This document shows, piece after piece, positions 18,901-26,308 of a stretch of 40,475 nt of DNA (position 1 is the stretch's first letter; each line of letters begins with the position of its first letter). The notes under the pieces were generated by a model that worked only from the letters and a program-made list of their open reading frames with translations, had not been told where the DNA came from and searched no databases. The stretch lies in UHGV virus genome UHGV-0204446; one strand, 5' to 3'. Position numbers and translations under genes: made by a program. Source of the DNA: a virus.

Positions 18901-20013
18901 GCGTTCGCTGGCATCGGCATCATTTTTAAGATTGTAATAAGCTGCTTTTGCCGCGTCATAGTTTTTCTTGGCGCGGTTATATGCCGCCGAATATTGCGTA
19001 ATATCTTCTCCGGTAGAATTTGCCATATTGTTTTGCGCATTCTCAAGCTGCTGCTGCGCCTGGGTAAACGCAAGATAGGCTTCTTCAATCTTCTGCTGTT
19101 TTCCTTCCTCCGCCGCGTTTTGTGCTTCTCCTGTGCTGTCAGCCTTTGTTGCCTCTTTTTTCGTCTGCTTCGCGGCATCGTCCAGCTGCTTTTTCGCTGC
19201 CTCAAGGTTTTTCTCGGCTTCCAGATACCGCGCCTCTACGCCGTCAAAGTCACCATCTGGCACATTGTAGTAGTCTTTTTCCGCAGCCTTAAAGGCATCT
19301 TCTGCAGCAGCATATGCAGCTTTCGCCCGTGCAAGCGGACTGCTGTAGTCAGTGGCACTGATTTCTGGTACACCACCCGGCAGCTGTGAACCAAGTGCCT
19401 GATACTGTTCAGTGAAGCGTTCCCACCGGGCTTTTGCGTCCGCGAAATCGCGGCTGTCCGGCTGATAGCGTTTCTGGGCATCCTTCCAGTATTTCCGCTC
19501 TTTTTCGCTCTGTTGCAGCAGTTTCGCCGCATCGGTACGCAGTTTGATGGTTTCTGAATTTTCCTTTGTGCCGGTCGCATCCTGGTTGGCATATTTCTTC
19601 GGCTCAAGCAGCGGACGTTTCGGCTTTTCTACCTGTGAGCCTTTCAGAAGTGTGTCGATTTGGGAAATCCGTGTGCTGTTTTGTTTCCAAAGTGGGTCTT
19701 TGGAAGATAACCACTTGTTTTCATTTTCCAGCTGGCTTTTCTCGTCTTGAAGAAACAAAGCATCCTTATAGCTTTTCAGCTGCCCCAGGTAGTCGTTAAT
19801 TCGCTGGTTCACCTGGGGTGTGCTTCCGGCTGAAAACTGGGCAGCGGCAGAAGGGCGGCTTCTTGCGCGCAGCTGCTCTGCGTAGGCATCGTCCATGGTT
19901 CGCAGTTTATTAACTGCCACTCTGCCAATCCTTTCTTTCTTCTCGTTGACAAGGTTGAAAAAATCATCACTAGACACATTTTCATACGTCAGCGGCTCTT
20001 TTGTCTTTGCCAT
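9901..20013 (-). CDS. Giant polyvalent internal virion/ejection protein (zincin-like metallopeptidase, LPD3-like and ART-like domains)
   Basis: 3370 aa after the tail genes; HEFTH at 16341-16327; LPD3-like block (VPDVLKRG...NWKGRGYD...NRFYVHEV); ART-PolyVal-like block (VRDADGNLIPVYH...YLNVENP...GYDGII...ESYVV). Confidence 0.8.
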   Translation of the reverse strand: MAKTKEPLTYENVSSDDFFNLVNEKKERIGRVAVNKLRTMDDAYAEQLRARSRPSAAAQFSAGSTPQVNQRINDYLGQLKSYKDALFLQDEKSQLENENKWLSSKDPLWKQNSTRISQIDTLLKGSQVEKPKRPLLEPKKYANQDATGTKENSETIKLRTDAAKLLQQSEKERKYWKDAQKRYQPDSRDFADAKARWERFTEQYQALGSQLPGGVPEISATDYSSPLARAKAAYAAAEDAFKAAEKDYYNVPDGDFDGVEARYLEAEKNLEAAKKQLDDAAKQTKKEATKADSTGEAQNAAEEGKQQKIEEAYLAFTQAQQQLENAQNNMANSTGEDITQYSAAYNRAKKNYDAAKAAYYNLKNDADASERNGLIAKQENKVQRYETYRYMDGFQEDAEAGMEKGLVERNDPVSRYLANKTEYDAQAALSGTSISRYNWLADNELKMYYFLLNRYGLGEAKQYLSDLEVTLDKRISDFKNYNTEITYGTSGAIGKTVMNAATVPANIFGGVSSAAADVSSALTGKFNPYSAGHELSDYANTVRGITAQEIVDSIDSPFWGAVAANTYQAVMSGADSALGATLFGTGYTWIMGSSAASQRAQELYEKGASGTQIGLGAIASGLIEAATEKYSVEYFTSQFLEGNVTGFRDWAKKTLIQALNEGSEEVASDIANLITDALLEGKNSDYRNNIQELVEHGMSRGEAQKQAFINQAIDTFWSFYGGAVSGGLMGGAGGIVNATTSDARKIGKDMVDSGSYDEILKNAVELGSKNKDVPKLQSKAEKGNLGKRGSDYAKLTNIYQENIAALTKQDVSNVTEAIAAQAEQLGAKKNPGLIASGIVKKLTGEKLTMSERYAMAQNQEITDTLLNDISRAGSESGGSDWVRNIGTYTLAPEIFGTRETETEKSAKAAVHDQLSEAAESIFGKEHAFAIEQMYYPGQSRGRYVEEMAKAYKAGQEGIDIADIEGISSLTVGQVDLAYNLGKQSVDGSSFDYDGEAEGQSYLISDNSPVNISEIASAGGGGMVLLTDEGKQVNAQDVKFGSYGTARLFKAIETIGVDAQAGNTILEASKNSQLSNSNFAVAVLDAYNAGRNGVAMNAIGRDSNAMRLDEATRQTAWEAGRDSRRAKNRQKQQTIDRGEHAAQKGSLTVKDSAKNIESLNAQQKSGMDAARLLSEMGLNITVYDSTEEERNAGMENGSIYLENGSIWVDLNAGADGQGVMAFALSHEFTHFVEEFSPEKFHRFTEILFEAVGTDVNVNELIAAKAAALKRQGYKELSAEELNDLAYSEVVAEMMETALTDTDVMERISARLQQTDMSLWEKIKKFLQGLVERLKEAYRGLNPDSSIAQLARDTIRSSEDALNAFADAASDAVVNYQLQDVQKNNAPEGMRFSTRENKQTVAKMETVASVPRYDGSLRASDVIQAVSEFFNSVGNTAENEELGSIILRKRGVKDDVSHGIGREKVAAFMAVPDVLKRGKVVDYRENWKGRGYDTAVVAAPIKISDEDYIAGVCVKRASGENRFYVHEVLPIKEGATPFDRAALETSVDSGGDTPSMNNILSELLYVKGILRFSSRNSNGKQLTEAQMRYFKNSQVRDADGNLIPVYHTSYDNFFSFDRQRLGENTLGNAVDAGLAATALVGHWFNTQDLSEQIGGKAATYYLNVENPYVVSSLNELSSEIMSFSDDPEIAQEEYEAGSYSAIRAAANAYVEHLRENGYDGIITPDEEFGGESYVVLDSAQAKLISNKNPTQTPDIRYSKRVSAEEQMERMETEIQYLKKLVQIQKRGNKDYTLDKNSLNQLAARLIREGNANGSTTELAALLEDTYNYISRDADVSWDGIEERAGKAADWLEEHRKEQRDEYAQEVLDWMAKRRVRLSEGQIGEIEYSYGSLKDFQKAIRGSIVIDQNANTSLDQFWQEAAAQFSDQFDSELSDMNMPGALAELVQKLKDSRSTSDMEAAYYRDAERKDLIEKIVAMAWDAKPVESISDKLKEEIAKLKKQRNAALQEAAQARQDGKKAVEQALSDYRYQRDAEAKAMKAVYEAEREQIATAHQREMNKLEDSYTGKIAAMGKEIIRLLRKYGEQDNSLEKIKKELSKTEEDAAIWQENFDVLLKKYKTSGNNIDRLEKKVKAQQEAAKAKVESAKKTEERFKLERVLTDLNRRLLNPTKTLYVPDSLQPALTMAMQSIATIKQQDAQETASRVIARYGAQLERLGKDPVKNAQAIAETEAKLQNVLERRNATVQNALERLQQAYTDLAEVNKGVFTQDYNKGILEFISDAKNAIGDTFYGDLSTQQLQAVRRAYTAILNTIRNANKLHGENLKQGWAETAKQAMAEFQKQPDKTPALGKLKKTMEKLSWNNEKPYYAFERMGSGVMMQLYENLRNGEDGWYRDFAKARAIMLGCMDKYHFDQWENNLVEVEMADGEKVALDLQERMSLYAASKREQYLKHLTKGGFILTGSKRGGKDYMDYSSHRLALETVIQIRNGQVLGLTAEQIAYANEMQEYLSTVCAEQNNEVSRALYGVSKAKEKDYWPIKSSAIRSERVRDSQESPGNRQKNAGHMKPTDKNASNAVELRGFMETWANHVNDTAMYHNFALPMEDFYRVYNYNTSGDGIRQQMLRKHGEASVDYVDTFLKDVNGGVRADNRETVYNMFLSGFKKAAVSASLSVAIQQPSAVGRAFSIIDAKYFAGSKVDSISGISATWEEMKKYAPVVGLKEIGRFDTDMGRSTQELLSGENAKGFMAAVDKFGGWMPEQMDKITWIAMWEAAKRQTKAEHPGLNGEALKTEAGKLFTRCITQTQVYDSVFSRSGNMRSKSVYMKMLTSFMAEPTTTINMMGSAVQDIRGKNFKTAGKKISSVAAALILNSLLASLVYAARDDDEEKTYLEKYLSSLASELVDGVNPITYYPGFKDVWSIVQGYDVERNDMSLVSDMYNATKKATDSWKKFLETDPEDEEAKKENLGKFGIASLDAAAGLLNMGGIPLKNILRELRGVKNTYETVSTPRASDSYTKGKAIWDGIQENIPAIFRGSNGKTERLYHAIVNGSQAEQERLKTTYSTEQKYENAVVTALADQDSRIRQAAKEKAAGNAKAAERILAEIEAEGNFSRKQIQSAFEKQLKKVPGGSKESVKEQYLNGEIDRTAAIKQLNGVLGMRKKDAEEQVTQWNSVRDTGIEYDEIRDSYLNNSLTESKAAQMLVRYGGKSEDAAKKTVREWGCKKDLDVNYSEVKEAFIDGEITEQQLKNALVRYGGKDAEEAEETVNAYRWQKQHPDFDLSSEQVLAYTKKLDELGKSIEETGIQPNVFADYRSRRTECTGVDADGDGKTDSGSKKKEILALIDSLPISDSQKDALYYDNGYAASGLKKAPWHKR

Positions 20014-20029
20014 AATCGTTTCTCGCTCC

Positions 20030-21058
20030 TTACTTCTTGAACTTCTTCGTCAGCAGCTCAAACGGGTTTGCGCTTCCGAACATCGGCGTTGCAATGCCGC
20101 TAGTCTTTTTCGTGCTCTCTTGCGGAGACGCAACATTAGAAACGTTAATCACTCCGTCTTTCCGCTTTTCGGCCTTCACATCGCCGGATGCAACAAGATC
20201 TGTCAGCTTGTCTAAAGAGATTGGTCCTCTTCCCAGCCCAATCACTCCGCTGATTTTTGCCGGTGTTACTGCGCCGCTACCGCCGCCCCCACCGCCGGAA
20301 TAAACCACTGACTGTGGCTTTGTCCTGGCAAGAACCTCATTGACGTACTGGCTGTTGTACCCAGCCGCTTTCAGCAGCTCCTCATTGGGCGTAACGCCCA
20401 GGCTCAGCAGATAGTCCACCTGCCCCTGCGCCAGCTTCTGCTCGTTTTGGCTGACAGTGTATTGATAGTTCCGCTCGTTGGCAAACCGGTCATAATCCGC
20501 TGCATCCCGGCTGCCCAGCAGGTTATATTGGTTGTACAGGTCTTGCCCCTCCTGGGAATACTGGTCATAAGCCGCCTGGTATAGCTCTGGGATTTTTGCG
20601 GTCAACTGCTGCAAATATCCCTCATACGCTTGCTGCCCCGCATTTTGAGCGTAGCTGTTGCCATAGCCGCCGGTCATGGTTGCCGCCTGCCCCATGGTGT
20701 CCTGCATTGCCATTCGCCCCTGACGCACATATTGGTCTTTGTACATCTGGTAAAGCGCATCCGCATTCACGTCATACTGAAATGGCTGCCGGTTGGTGAT
20801 TTTGTCCAGAAGCCCATTCAGTTTTTCAGTCCACTTGGACTGGTAAGAGCCGCCGGTGCTTTCAAGTCCCTGCTGCAAAAGCTGCTGGGCATTTGCAACA
20901 TTGGCGTTGGCCTGTTGGCTTTGGGGCTGCTGAACATACTGCGTTCCCTGGTTCTGCTGCACCGGCTGGCTTTGCTGGTTCTGCTGTACCGGCTGCTGGT
21001 TTTGCACAGGCTGTTCCTGCATCTTTTTCTTGTCGTCAACGGTTTTAAACGTTCCCAT
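20030..21058 (-). CDS. Internal virion/ejection protein, Gln-rich
   Basis: ATG at 21058; F.YD.NADALYQ.YKDQY...G.MAMQDTMGQA...TGGYGNSYA motif; located between the nozzle and the giant protein. Confidence 0.7.
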   Translation of the reverse strand: MGTFKTVDDKKKMQEQPVQNQQPVQQNQQSQPVQQNQGTQYVQQPQSQQANANVANAQQLLQQGLESTGGSYQSKWTEKLNGLLDKITNRQPFQYDVNADALYQMYKDQYVRQGRMAMQDTMGQAATMTGGYGNSYAQNAGQQAYEGYLQQLTAKIPELYQAAYDQYSQEGQDLYNQYNLLGSRDAADYDRFANERNYQYTVSQNEQKLAQGQVDYLLSLGVTPNEELLKAAGYNSQYVNEVLARTKPQSVVYSGGGGGGSGAVTPAKISGVIGLGRGPISLDKLTDLVASGDVKAEKRKDGVINVSNVASPQESTKKTSGIATPMFGSANPFELLTKKFKK

Positions 21059-21203
21059 TGTTATCTCCCTTCTGCTGGTTCTGACCCTTTTCCAGCTGTT
21101 CCAGCGCATAATTCAAATCCTGCACCAGCGCGTAAAGGTATTTCGTCAGCTGCTCCACCTGCTGCTGTGTGCTCCCCTGCACATTTGGGAATCTGAGCTT
21201 CAT
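21045..21203 (-). CDS. Small coiled-coil virion-module protein, 52 aa (not in ORF track)
   Basis: MKLRFPNVQGSTQQQVEQLTKYLYALVQDLNYALEQLEK...; TGATG overlap with the upstream stop. Confidence 0.7.
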   Translation of the reverse strand: MKLRFPNVQGSTQQQVEQLTKYLYALVQDLNYALEQLEKGQNQQKGDNNGNV

Positions 21204-22948
21204 CAAAATCTGTCGCTCCCTTCCATGATTGTTTTGACAAAAGAATAAATCTTTGCGTCACCGTCACCAACTAAACGGAGCCGAAGCGTGTCGCACCGGC
21301 GTGGCCTGATTGGAACGCTAAAGCTTTTCAGCCCCATGCCAAAGGCCGTGCAAAGCTTCACCCATTCTTCGTCCTGGTCATATTGTGCGAAAAATTCAAT
21401 GCGGGTCTGTTCTCCTGCCCGCATCCGAACGGAAATTTGAGAAAGATACTTTCTGTCAGGGCTGGATAGTCCCAGGTCTCCCGTTTCCGCCATCCATTGA
21501 ACGCTTGTTTCCCCCGTATCGCCGCTTCCAAAAAGCGTGATAATATTCCTGTCACCCGCGTCAACCGCGTATAGCTCGCCCTCCAGGCTGGCAAAGGCGC
21601 TTGCGTGGAGCGCATCTTCCCGATGCCACATCCCTTTTGCGGTATCATAAACGAACAGCGCCCACTTGCCGCCGCTTTCCATGCTAATGTAGTACTTGTT
21701 CCCGTGTCCTGCCGCCACTGCATTCCCATAGGGTTCTGTTCCCAGTGCTGCCGACACTTCTACCGGGAAAGAGCCGTCAAAGGCACACACGCCGTTCCTG
21801 GATTTATAAAAAAGCGTTTCATTGACAATTGCAAGGCTGTTCCCGCACCCCGCCTGAACACCTCGCAGCGCCGTTGTCTGAATCTGGTATTGGCTGGGCA
21901 TACTGCCATAAATTTTATGCACGCAATTTTCTTTGAAAAACAGCGGGTACCCCAGGTGGGCAGCAGCTCCGGTAAATGCACCGTCCGTGCCGCAGCTGGC
22001 GGCATAGCTGTCCGTGCTCAATCCTCTGAAGTCATTCCAGTTTCGGAAATCTCCCAGCTTACAGGCGTAGATTTCGTTCACCGTCTGTCCGTTTGCTGCC
22101 ACGCCGTACCGGCATCCCCAAAGCCTATTCTCTGATTCAATTACGAAATCCATATTTGGGATTTTCCGGCTCACAGTAACAGCGCCCGCCTGAATCGCCG
22201 TCTCGCCCAAAAGCCCCACAACGGTAATCCAGTCGTTTCCCTTTGACCAAATTGTGTGGTTTCCGTTCAAGTCCTCCAGCCCAGGCACGGTTACGCCGGT
22301 GATGGAAACGCCGTCATACTGCGAAAATCCAGCCCCGATTCCGTCCACACTGATTTTGACGTAGGTGCTGCTGATTGTGACCCATGTTTTCGTAGAAGCG
22401 GTGTACCGTTTCAGGGCATTCGGCTTGCCGGAGGTGTCCAGCCAGTATTGCAAATCCTTTGGTTCTGCCGGTGCTGTTTCAGACACGCTCACACCGCTGA
22501 TTTCTCCGCCGTCAATGCTGCACAGGGAAAAATGGACATTCCCGCTGCTGGTAAAGCTGGCTTCAATCTCGCCGTATTGGCTCAAGTCCTCGGTGTTCAG
22601 CCATTTTTTGTCCGGGAAAATAATCACATAAGCGCCCATGGATACAAGCCGCTTTGGGTTGTCCTCAGCCGCCGTACTCAAACCCATGGGAACCGTGCTT
22701 TCCCCATATATAAAATTTCTACCGTCCACATACCCAAGCTTTTCCTTGGCAATCAAGCCGTTGGGGCTTGCGGGCTTTGCATACACGCCCCTTGCTTTCC
22801 GGGGTGACAGCACCGGGTAGCTGTCCGATGTCAAGTTTTTCATGTCAAAAAATTCGCCGCTGCCAATCCGCAGGTTGTGGTTGTACCCCCGGAACTCCTC
22901 CACCACCTCCCGGCTGGAAGCCGCCGCCGCCACCGTAGGATAAATCAT
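21203..22948 (-). CDS. Tail tubular/nozzle protein (P22 gp10 / T7 gp12-like position)
   Basis: 581 aa, beta-propeller-like; EFRG.N...GEF.DMKNL start; follows the adaptor gene. Confidence 0.7.
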   Translation of the reverse strand: MIYPTVAAAASSREVVEEFRGYNHNLRIGSGEFFDMKNLTSDSYPVLSPRKARGVYAKPASPNGLIAKEKLGYVDGRNFIYGESTVPMGLSTAAEDNPKRLVSMGAYVIIFPDKKWLNTEDLSQYGEIEASFTSSGNVHFSLCSIDGGEISGVSVSETAPAEPKDLQYWLDTSGKPNALKRYTASTKTWVTISSTYVKISVDGIGAGFSQYDGVSITGVTVPGLEDLNGNHTIWSKGNDWITVVGLLGETAIQAGAVTVSRKIPNMDFVIESENRLWGCRYGVAANGQTVNEIYACKLGDFRNWNDFRGLSTDSYAASCGTDGAFTGAAAHLGYPLFFKENCVHKIYGSMPSQYQIQTTALRGVQAGCGNSLAIVNETLFYKSRNGVCAFDGSFPVEVSAALGTEPYGNAVAAGHGNKYYISMESGGKWALFVYDTAKGMWHREDALHASAFASLEGELYAVDAGDRNIITLFGSGDTGETSVQWMAETGDLGLSSPDRKYLSQISVRMRAGEQTRIEFFAQYDQDEEWVKLCTAFGMGLKSFSVPIRPRRCDTLRLRLVGDGDAKIYSFVKTIMEGSDRF

Positions 22949-22957
22949 ACGGTCCTC

Positions 22958-23332
22958 CTAAAAATACATCCGTCTTACCGCCGTCACCGGCATATGCTCC
23001 CGGTTATAGGCCGCCGCATAAGCTGTATACAGGGTGTTGTACATGGTAATTTCTGCGTTATATTTGTCAAATTCACCGTTTGCAAAGTCAATCTGTGCCG
23101 CAAGGTAGTGAATATATGCTTCGTCATAGGGGGCGGGAATCAGCAGCGTTGTGTCAATCGCCGTGCCCGCCGTGTATCCGTCAAAACCGGGGATTGCTGC
23201 CCCTTCGTGGGTGTCAATCACCTGCGCTTTAACCGTCCTGTCCAGCCTGTCCAGCCAGGCAATTTTCTCCGCATCCGTATAAGTGTTGTATTTGAGGCTG
23301 TCCAGCCGTTCCAATGCTTCCTGAATGGTCAT
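22958..23332 (-). CDS. Head-tail adaptor / tail tubular protein A-like
   Basis: MTIQEAL.R.D...NTY...EKI.WL; LLIPAPYD..Y..YL; position after the capsid genes. Confidence 0.7.
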   Translation of the reverse strand: MTIQEALERLDSLKYNTYTDAEKIAWLDRLDRTVKAQVIDTHEGAAIPGFDGYTAGTAIDTTLLIPAPYDEAYIHYLAAQIDFANGEFDKYNAEITMYNTLYTAYAAAYNREHMPVTAVRRMYF

Positions 23333-23351
23333 GTCGTTTCCCTCCAATTCC

Positions 23352-23382
23352 AAAAAAGGGGAGCATAAAGCCCCCCAATTTT
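23352..23382 (-). terminator. Intrinsic terminator after the capsid operon
   Basis: GGGGGGC-tttat-GCTCCCC followed by a T run on the minus strand. Confidence 0.6.
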
Positions 23383-23385
23383 GTG

Positions 23386-23655
23386 TTAGCCGCCGATTCT
23401 TGCTCTGGCGGAGGCGTTTACCGCCTGTTCTTCGCCCTGAATATTGTTGATTTTGGCGCTGTAGCTGTCCACCGCCTCTACACTGCGGTGGTACTCCTCC
23501 GCTACATATTCAGGCACCTTGCTGGTCTCCCCCTTGGGCAGCAGCCAGTTCTTCCCGTTTACGCCAATCATAAGGCAGGGTTCTTCGTTGCTTCTGCCTC
23601 GGGGAATCCGAAGCTCCACCAGCTTCTCCCAGCTGGTTTTCTTTTCGTCAGCCAT
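23386..23655 (-). CDS. Small capsid-associated protein
   Basis: 89 aa; IGVNGKNW.LPKGE...VPEYVAE; immediately after the major capsid gene. Confidence 0.7.
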   Translation of the reverse strand: MADEKKTSWEKLVELRIPRGRSNEEPCLMIGVNGKNWLLPKGETSKVPEYVAEEYHRSVEAVDSYSAKINNIQGEEQAVNASARARIGG

Positions 23656-23673
23656 TGATTATGTCTCCTTTCC

Positions 23674-24765
23674 TCAGTTCAGCTCATCGGTTGCAGAGAA
23701 GGTGGAGCAGCTCATAATGCGCAGCACCCGTTCGGTGTACAGCACCGTTGTGCCAAACTCGAACTTGTAGCCCACGGTGCTGAACTGGTTCAGGGGACCT
23801 CCCACTTCTTCACGGCTCTTGATGATGGTTTCCAGGTTGCCGCCCTCCGGGTCAATGATGCCGAATGCGTCCTTGCCGAACATATAGCTGGCATAGGTAG
23901 CGCCGTTGGCCTTGTTCTTGTAGGTTTCTCCACCCAGCACCGGGGCAAACACGTTTTCGATAAACCGCACACCGTGCAGCTCGCCGATTTCGCCGTTGAA
24001 AATTTCGCTGGTAGCAGCGTACTTGTGGGCTTCAATCCAGTCCTTGCAGTTCCGCAGGTCGTAAGCCACAGAAGGGGACACCACGCAGTAGTATTTTCCG
24101 TTGATAGTGGGCACGCGGTTCATCTTCATAATGCGCACCGCCTTGGCAACCATCAGTGGCGTGAACATACTCATGACTGTTGCGCTTGCTTCCATGGTGG
24201 CGCAGCTGGTAGGTGTGGATGCAACAGCGTTGGTTGCAAGGGTGATGTTGTCGCAGTACAGCACGTTGGTATTGGTCAACAGGCTGTCTCGGATAAGCGT
24301 CTCCTGGGTCTTGCTGGCAGAAGCACCCATTTCCTCCGTTGCGCCGAGGATGGTGTTGTCATAGGCGTGGAACTCCAGGATGTCAGAGATGGCGGCGAAA
24401 GTTCCAAACTGGTCAATGGTTGCCACCTTGCTGCTCATGCCGAACTTCTGGCCGGTGGGAATCACGCCTTCCTGAAGCTTGGAGGCGTTGGCAAAGGTGT
24501 TCCACTTTCTCCACTCCATGGTAGTGCCGTGGTTTCTGGGCAGGTTCTGCTTCTTGGCGAACTGGCCGTAGTAAGCTTCAATTCTGGCATTTTCCAGCAG
24601 TTCCGTGTCGTAGAACGTCTTCATTTCACCAGACATCGTGTTCTTGGTGTCGAAGTTCGTCTTCTCGCCGGTATAGGCGTTGACATAGGTGGTGCTTGCA
24701 TTCACCAGCGTACCGGCTTCCGCAAACAGCTGAAGATTCAGGGTAATCATTTTGATTTCAAACAT
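23674..24765 (-). CDS. Major capsid protein, N4-gp56-like family, with Prp-cleavable leader
   Basis: LNLQLFAE leader; LP.NHG.T..WRKW; LQEGV.P; GEIGELHGVRF; GPLNQFSTVGYK. Confidence 0.9.
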   Translation of the reverse strand: MFEIKMITLNLQLFAEAGTLVNASTTYVNAYTGEKTNFDTKNTMSGEMKTFYDTELLENARIEAYYGQFAKKQNLPRNHGTTMEWRKWNTFANASKLQEGVIPTGQKFGMSSKVATIDQFGTFAAISDILEFHAYDNTILGATEEMGASASKTQETLIRDSLLTNTNVLYCDNITLATNAVASTPTSCATMEASATVMSMFTPLMVAKAVRIMKMNRVPTINGKYYCVVSPSVAYDLRNCKDWIEAHKYAATSEIFNGEIGELHGVRFIENVFAPVLGGETYKNKANGATYASYMFGKDAFGIIDPEGGNLETIIKSREEVGGPLNQFSTVGYKFEFGTTVLYTERVLRIMSCSTFSATDELN

Positions 24766-24808
24766 TTTTTATTCTCCTCCATTTTGTTTTTCGGAAGAGA
24801 AAACTCCG

Positions 24809-25846
24809 TCACATTCCGGGATAAATTTTCTCTCCCCTGGCAGCTGCGGCACGGATTCTGGCTTTCAGCGCCTCCCGCTCCTGCCGTGTTGCCTTTGCGT
24901 AATCGAATGTGGTCACAGAGGAAGCCTGCCGGTCAGCGCCCGCCTCATCCGGTCTTCTGGCGTTGGCCTGGACGGATGCCGTCAACTTTTGGGATGCCTC
25001 CTGCAACGCCTTTTGCACCGCCGTCTGAACCAGCTCGTTGTGATGAGCGGCGAAATAGGCCGTCTGCAAGGGAACCGGATTGTCCGGGTTGTCCACCATG
25101 CGGCGGAACACCTCGTTGCTCTCCCGTTCGGCCATCAGGTCGAAGTTCGGAAACAGCTTTTTCATTTCCTCCGCTTCAGAAATCACCCTGGCGGCGTGTT
25201 CTCGCAGCCGCTTGTCCTGGATGCTTTCTTGCTCTGCTTGCTGGCTCTGCCGAATCTGCCGGATGGTGTCGGCGCTTACGCCAAAGGCGCTTGCCTCCTG
25301 TTCCTCCCGCTGGTGGTCTGCTGCGTCTCCCACCGCCTTTGCAATGGCGTTCAGGTCGATGTTTTCGGCATCCAGGCCGTATTGCTGCGCCAGAAGGGGG
25401 GCAATCATGCTGGTGAATCCCTCCGCCTGGCTGGCCTTGGCAACCCTGGCTTTCATGGTTTCCTGCATGGCCTTGTTGTAGTCCGGGTCTTTCATCAGCT
25501 CATCCCAGCTGGGCTTTTCCGGCTTTCCTGCCTGTTCTTCGGCCTGTTCCGGTTCTTCCTCTTTTTTCTGTTCGGTGGTCTGCGTCTGTGCCGTGGCGTC
25601 CGGCTGTGGCTGGGCTGCCGCCGGAGGAACGGTCTGGCCGTTTCTCTTGGCTCTGGCATCCCGCCGTTTCGCCCATCGCTCCACTTTGTCCTTTGGAACA
25701 TTCAGTTCCAGTAGTCTTTGCTGTTCGGCGTCAACAGCTTTTTCGCCCGTTTCCGCTGCCGCGGCTGCCCCGCCGTCCGCCCCTGCGCCGTCTCCGGCAC
25801 CGTCTGCAAACAGCTGCAAGTCCAGCAGCGCTTTGAAAAATTTCAT
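24809..25846 (-). CDS. Capsid scaffolding protein with Prp-cleavable leader
   Basis: ATG at 25846; LDLQLFAD leader; acidic, Ala-rich coiled coil; directly upstream of the capsid gene. Confidence 0.85.
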   Translation of the reverse strand: MKFFKALLDLQLFADGAGDGAGADGGAAAAAETGEKAVDAEQQRLLELNVPKDKVERWAKRRDARAKRNGQTVPPAAAQPQPDATAQTQTTEQKKEEEPEQAEEQAGKPEKPSWDELMKDPDYNKAMQETMKARVAKASQAEGFTSMIAPLLAQQYGLDAENIDLNAIAKAVGDAADHQREEQEASAFGVSADTIRQIRQSQQAEQESIQDKRLREHAARVISEAEEMKKLFPNFDLMAERESNEVFRRMVDNPDNPVPLQTAYFAAHHNELVQTAVQKALQEASQKLTASVQANARRPDEAGADRQASSVTTFDYAKATRQEREALKARIRAAAARGEKIYPGM

Positions 25847-25902
25847 GAGTAAACCCTCCGGTATTTTTCTGCCGCTTTCGGGGCGGCGAATCCCACGGTT
25901 AT

Positions 25903-25936
25903 ATGATACGTTCCTTTTTTTCTGATTTCTAAACCC
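25903..25936 (-). promoter_or_regulatory. Putative late promoter GGGTTTAG-N20-TATCAT
   Basis: Intergenic, upstream of scaffold/capsid; motif shared with two other late intergenic regions. Confidence 0.6.
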
Positions 25937-25944
25937 ACAGCGGG

Positions 25945-25980
25945 CATAAAAAAATAAGGCTGGCAAATGCCAGCCCCATT
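25945..25980 (-). terminator. Intrinsic terminator after the Prp gene
   Basis: GGCTGGCA-tt-TGCCAGCC followed by TTATTTTTTT on the minus strand. Confidence 0.65.
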
Positions 25981-25982
25981 TC

Positions 25983-26306
25983 TCAGCCGTGTACGTGATA
26001 ACTTATCACGTCCGGGTATTTTTCTTCTAACAGCGCAAAGCCGATGCACACCGCTTCAAAAAAAGCTTTTACAATGTTTTTGTACGCTCCCGATGGGACG
26101 CATGAAATCTCCGCATCCCCGTTCTCCAGCCGGATTTCCGGTTCTGCCACCTTTCCCAGCCGGTGCAGCTGCGCTACATTCTCCGCCAGCGTGTAGGTCA
26201 ATGTCGATACCGCCGCGCATACCAAATCTTGTCCCGCCGGTGCCGTCCCTGCATGGCCTTTTACCGTCACCCGAGGGAATTGTCGGTTGTAATCAATAGC
26301 CACCAT
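25983..26306 (-). CDS. prp: Prp-family (ribosomal-processing) cysteine protease
   Basis: ATG at 26306; GHA...GQDLVCAAVS catalytic His/Cys signature; LEEKYPD tail; 107 aa. Confidence 0.9.
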   Translation of the reverse strand: MVAIDYNRQFPRVTVKGHAGTAPAGQDLVCAAVSTLTYTLAENVAQLHRLGKVAEPEIRLENGDAEISCVPSGAYKNIVKAFFEAVCIGFALLEEKYPDVISYHVHG

Positions 26307-26308
26307 CT

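Noticed and set aside
9901..20013. Tape measure protein or virion RNA polymerase
   Set aside because: No major tail, chaperone or sheath genes are present, and no polymerase catalytic motif was recognised. The DADGDG near the C-terminus looks like a Ca-binding-type loop.
23974..25416. Long plus-strand ORFs (480 aa here; also 16294-17631, 35764-36603 and others)
   Set aside because: They are antisense shadows of well-supported minus-strand genes and lack RBSs and recognisable motifs.
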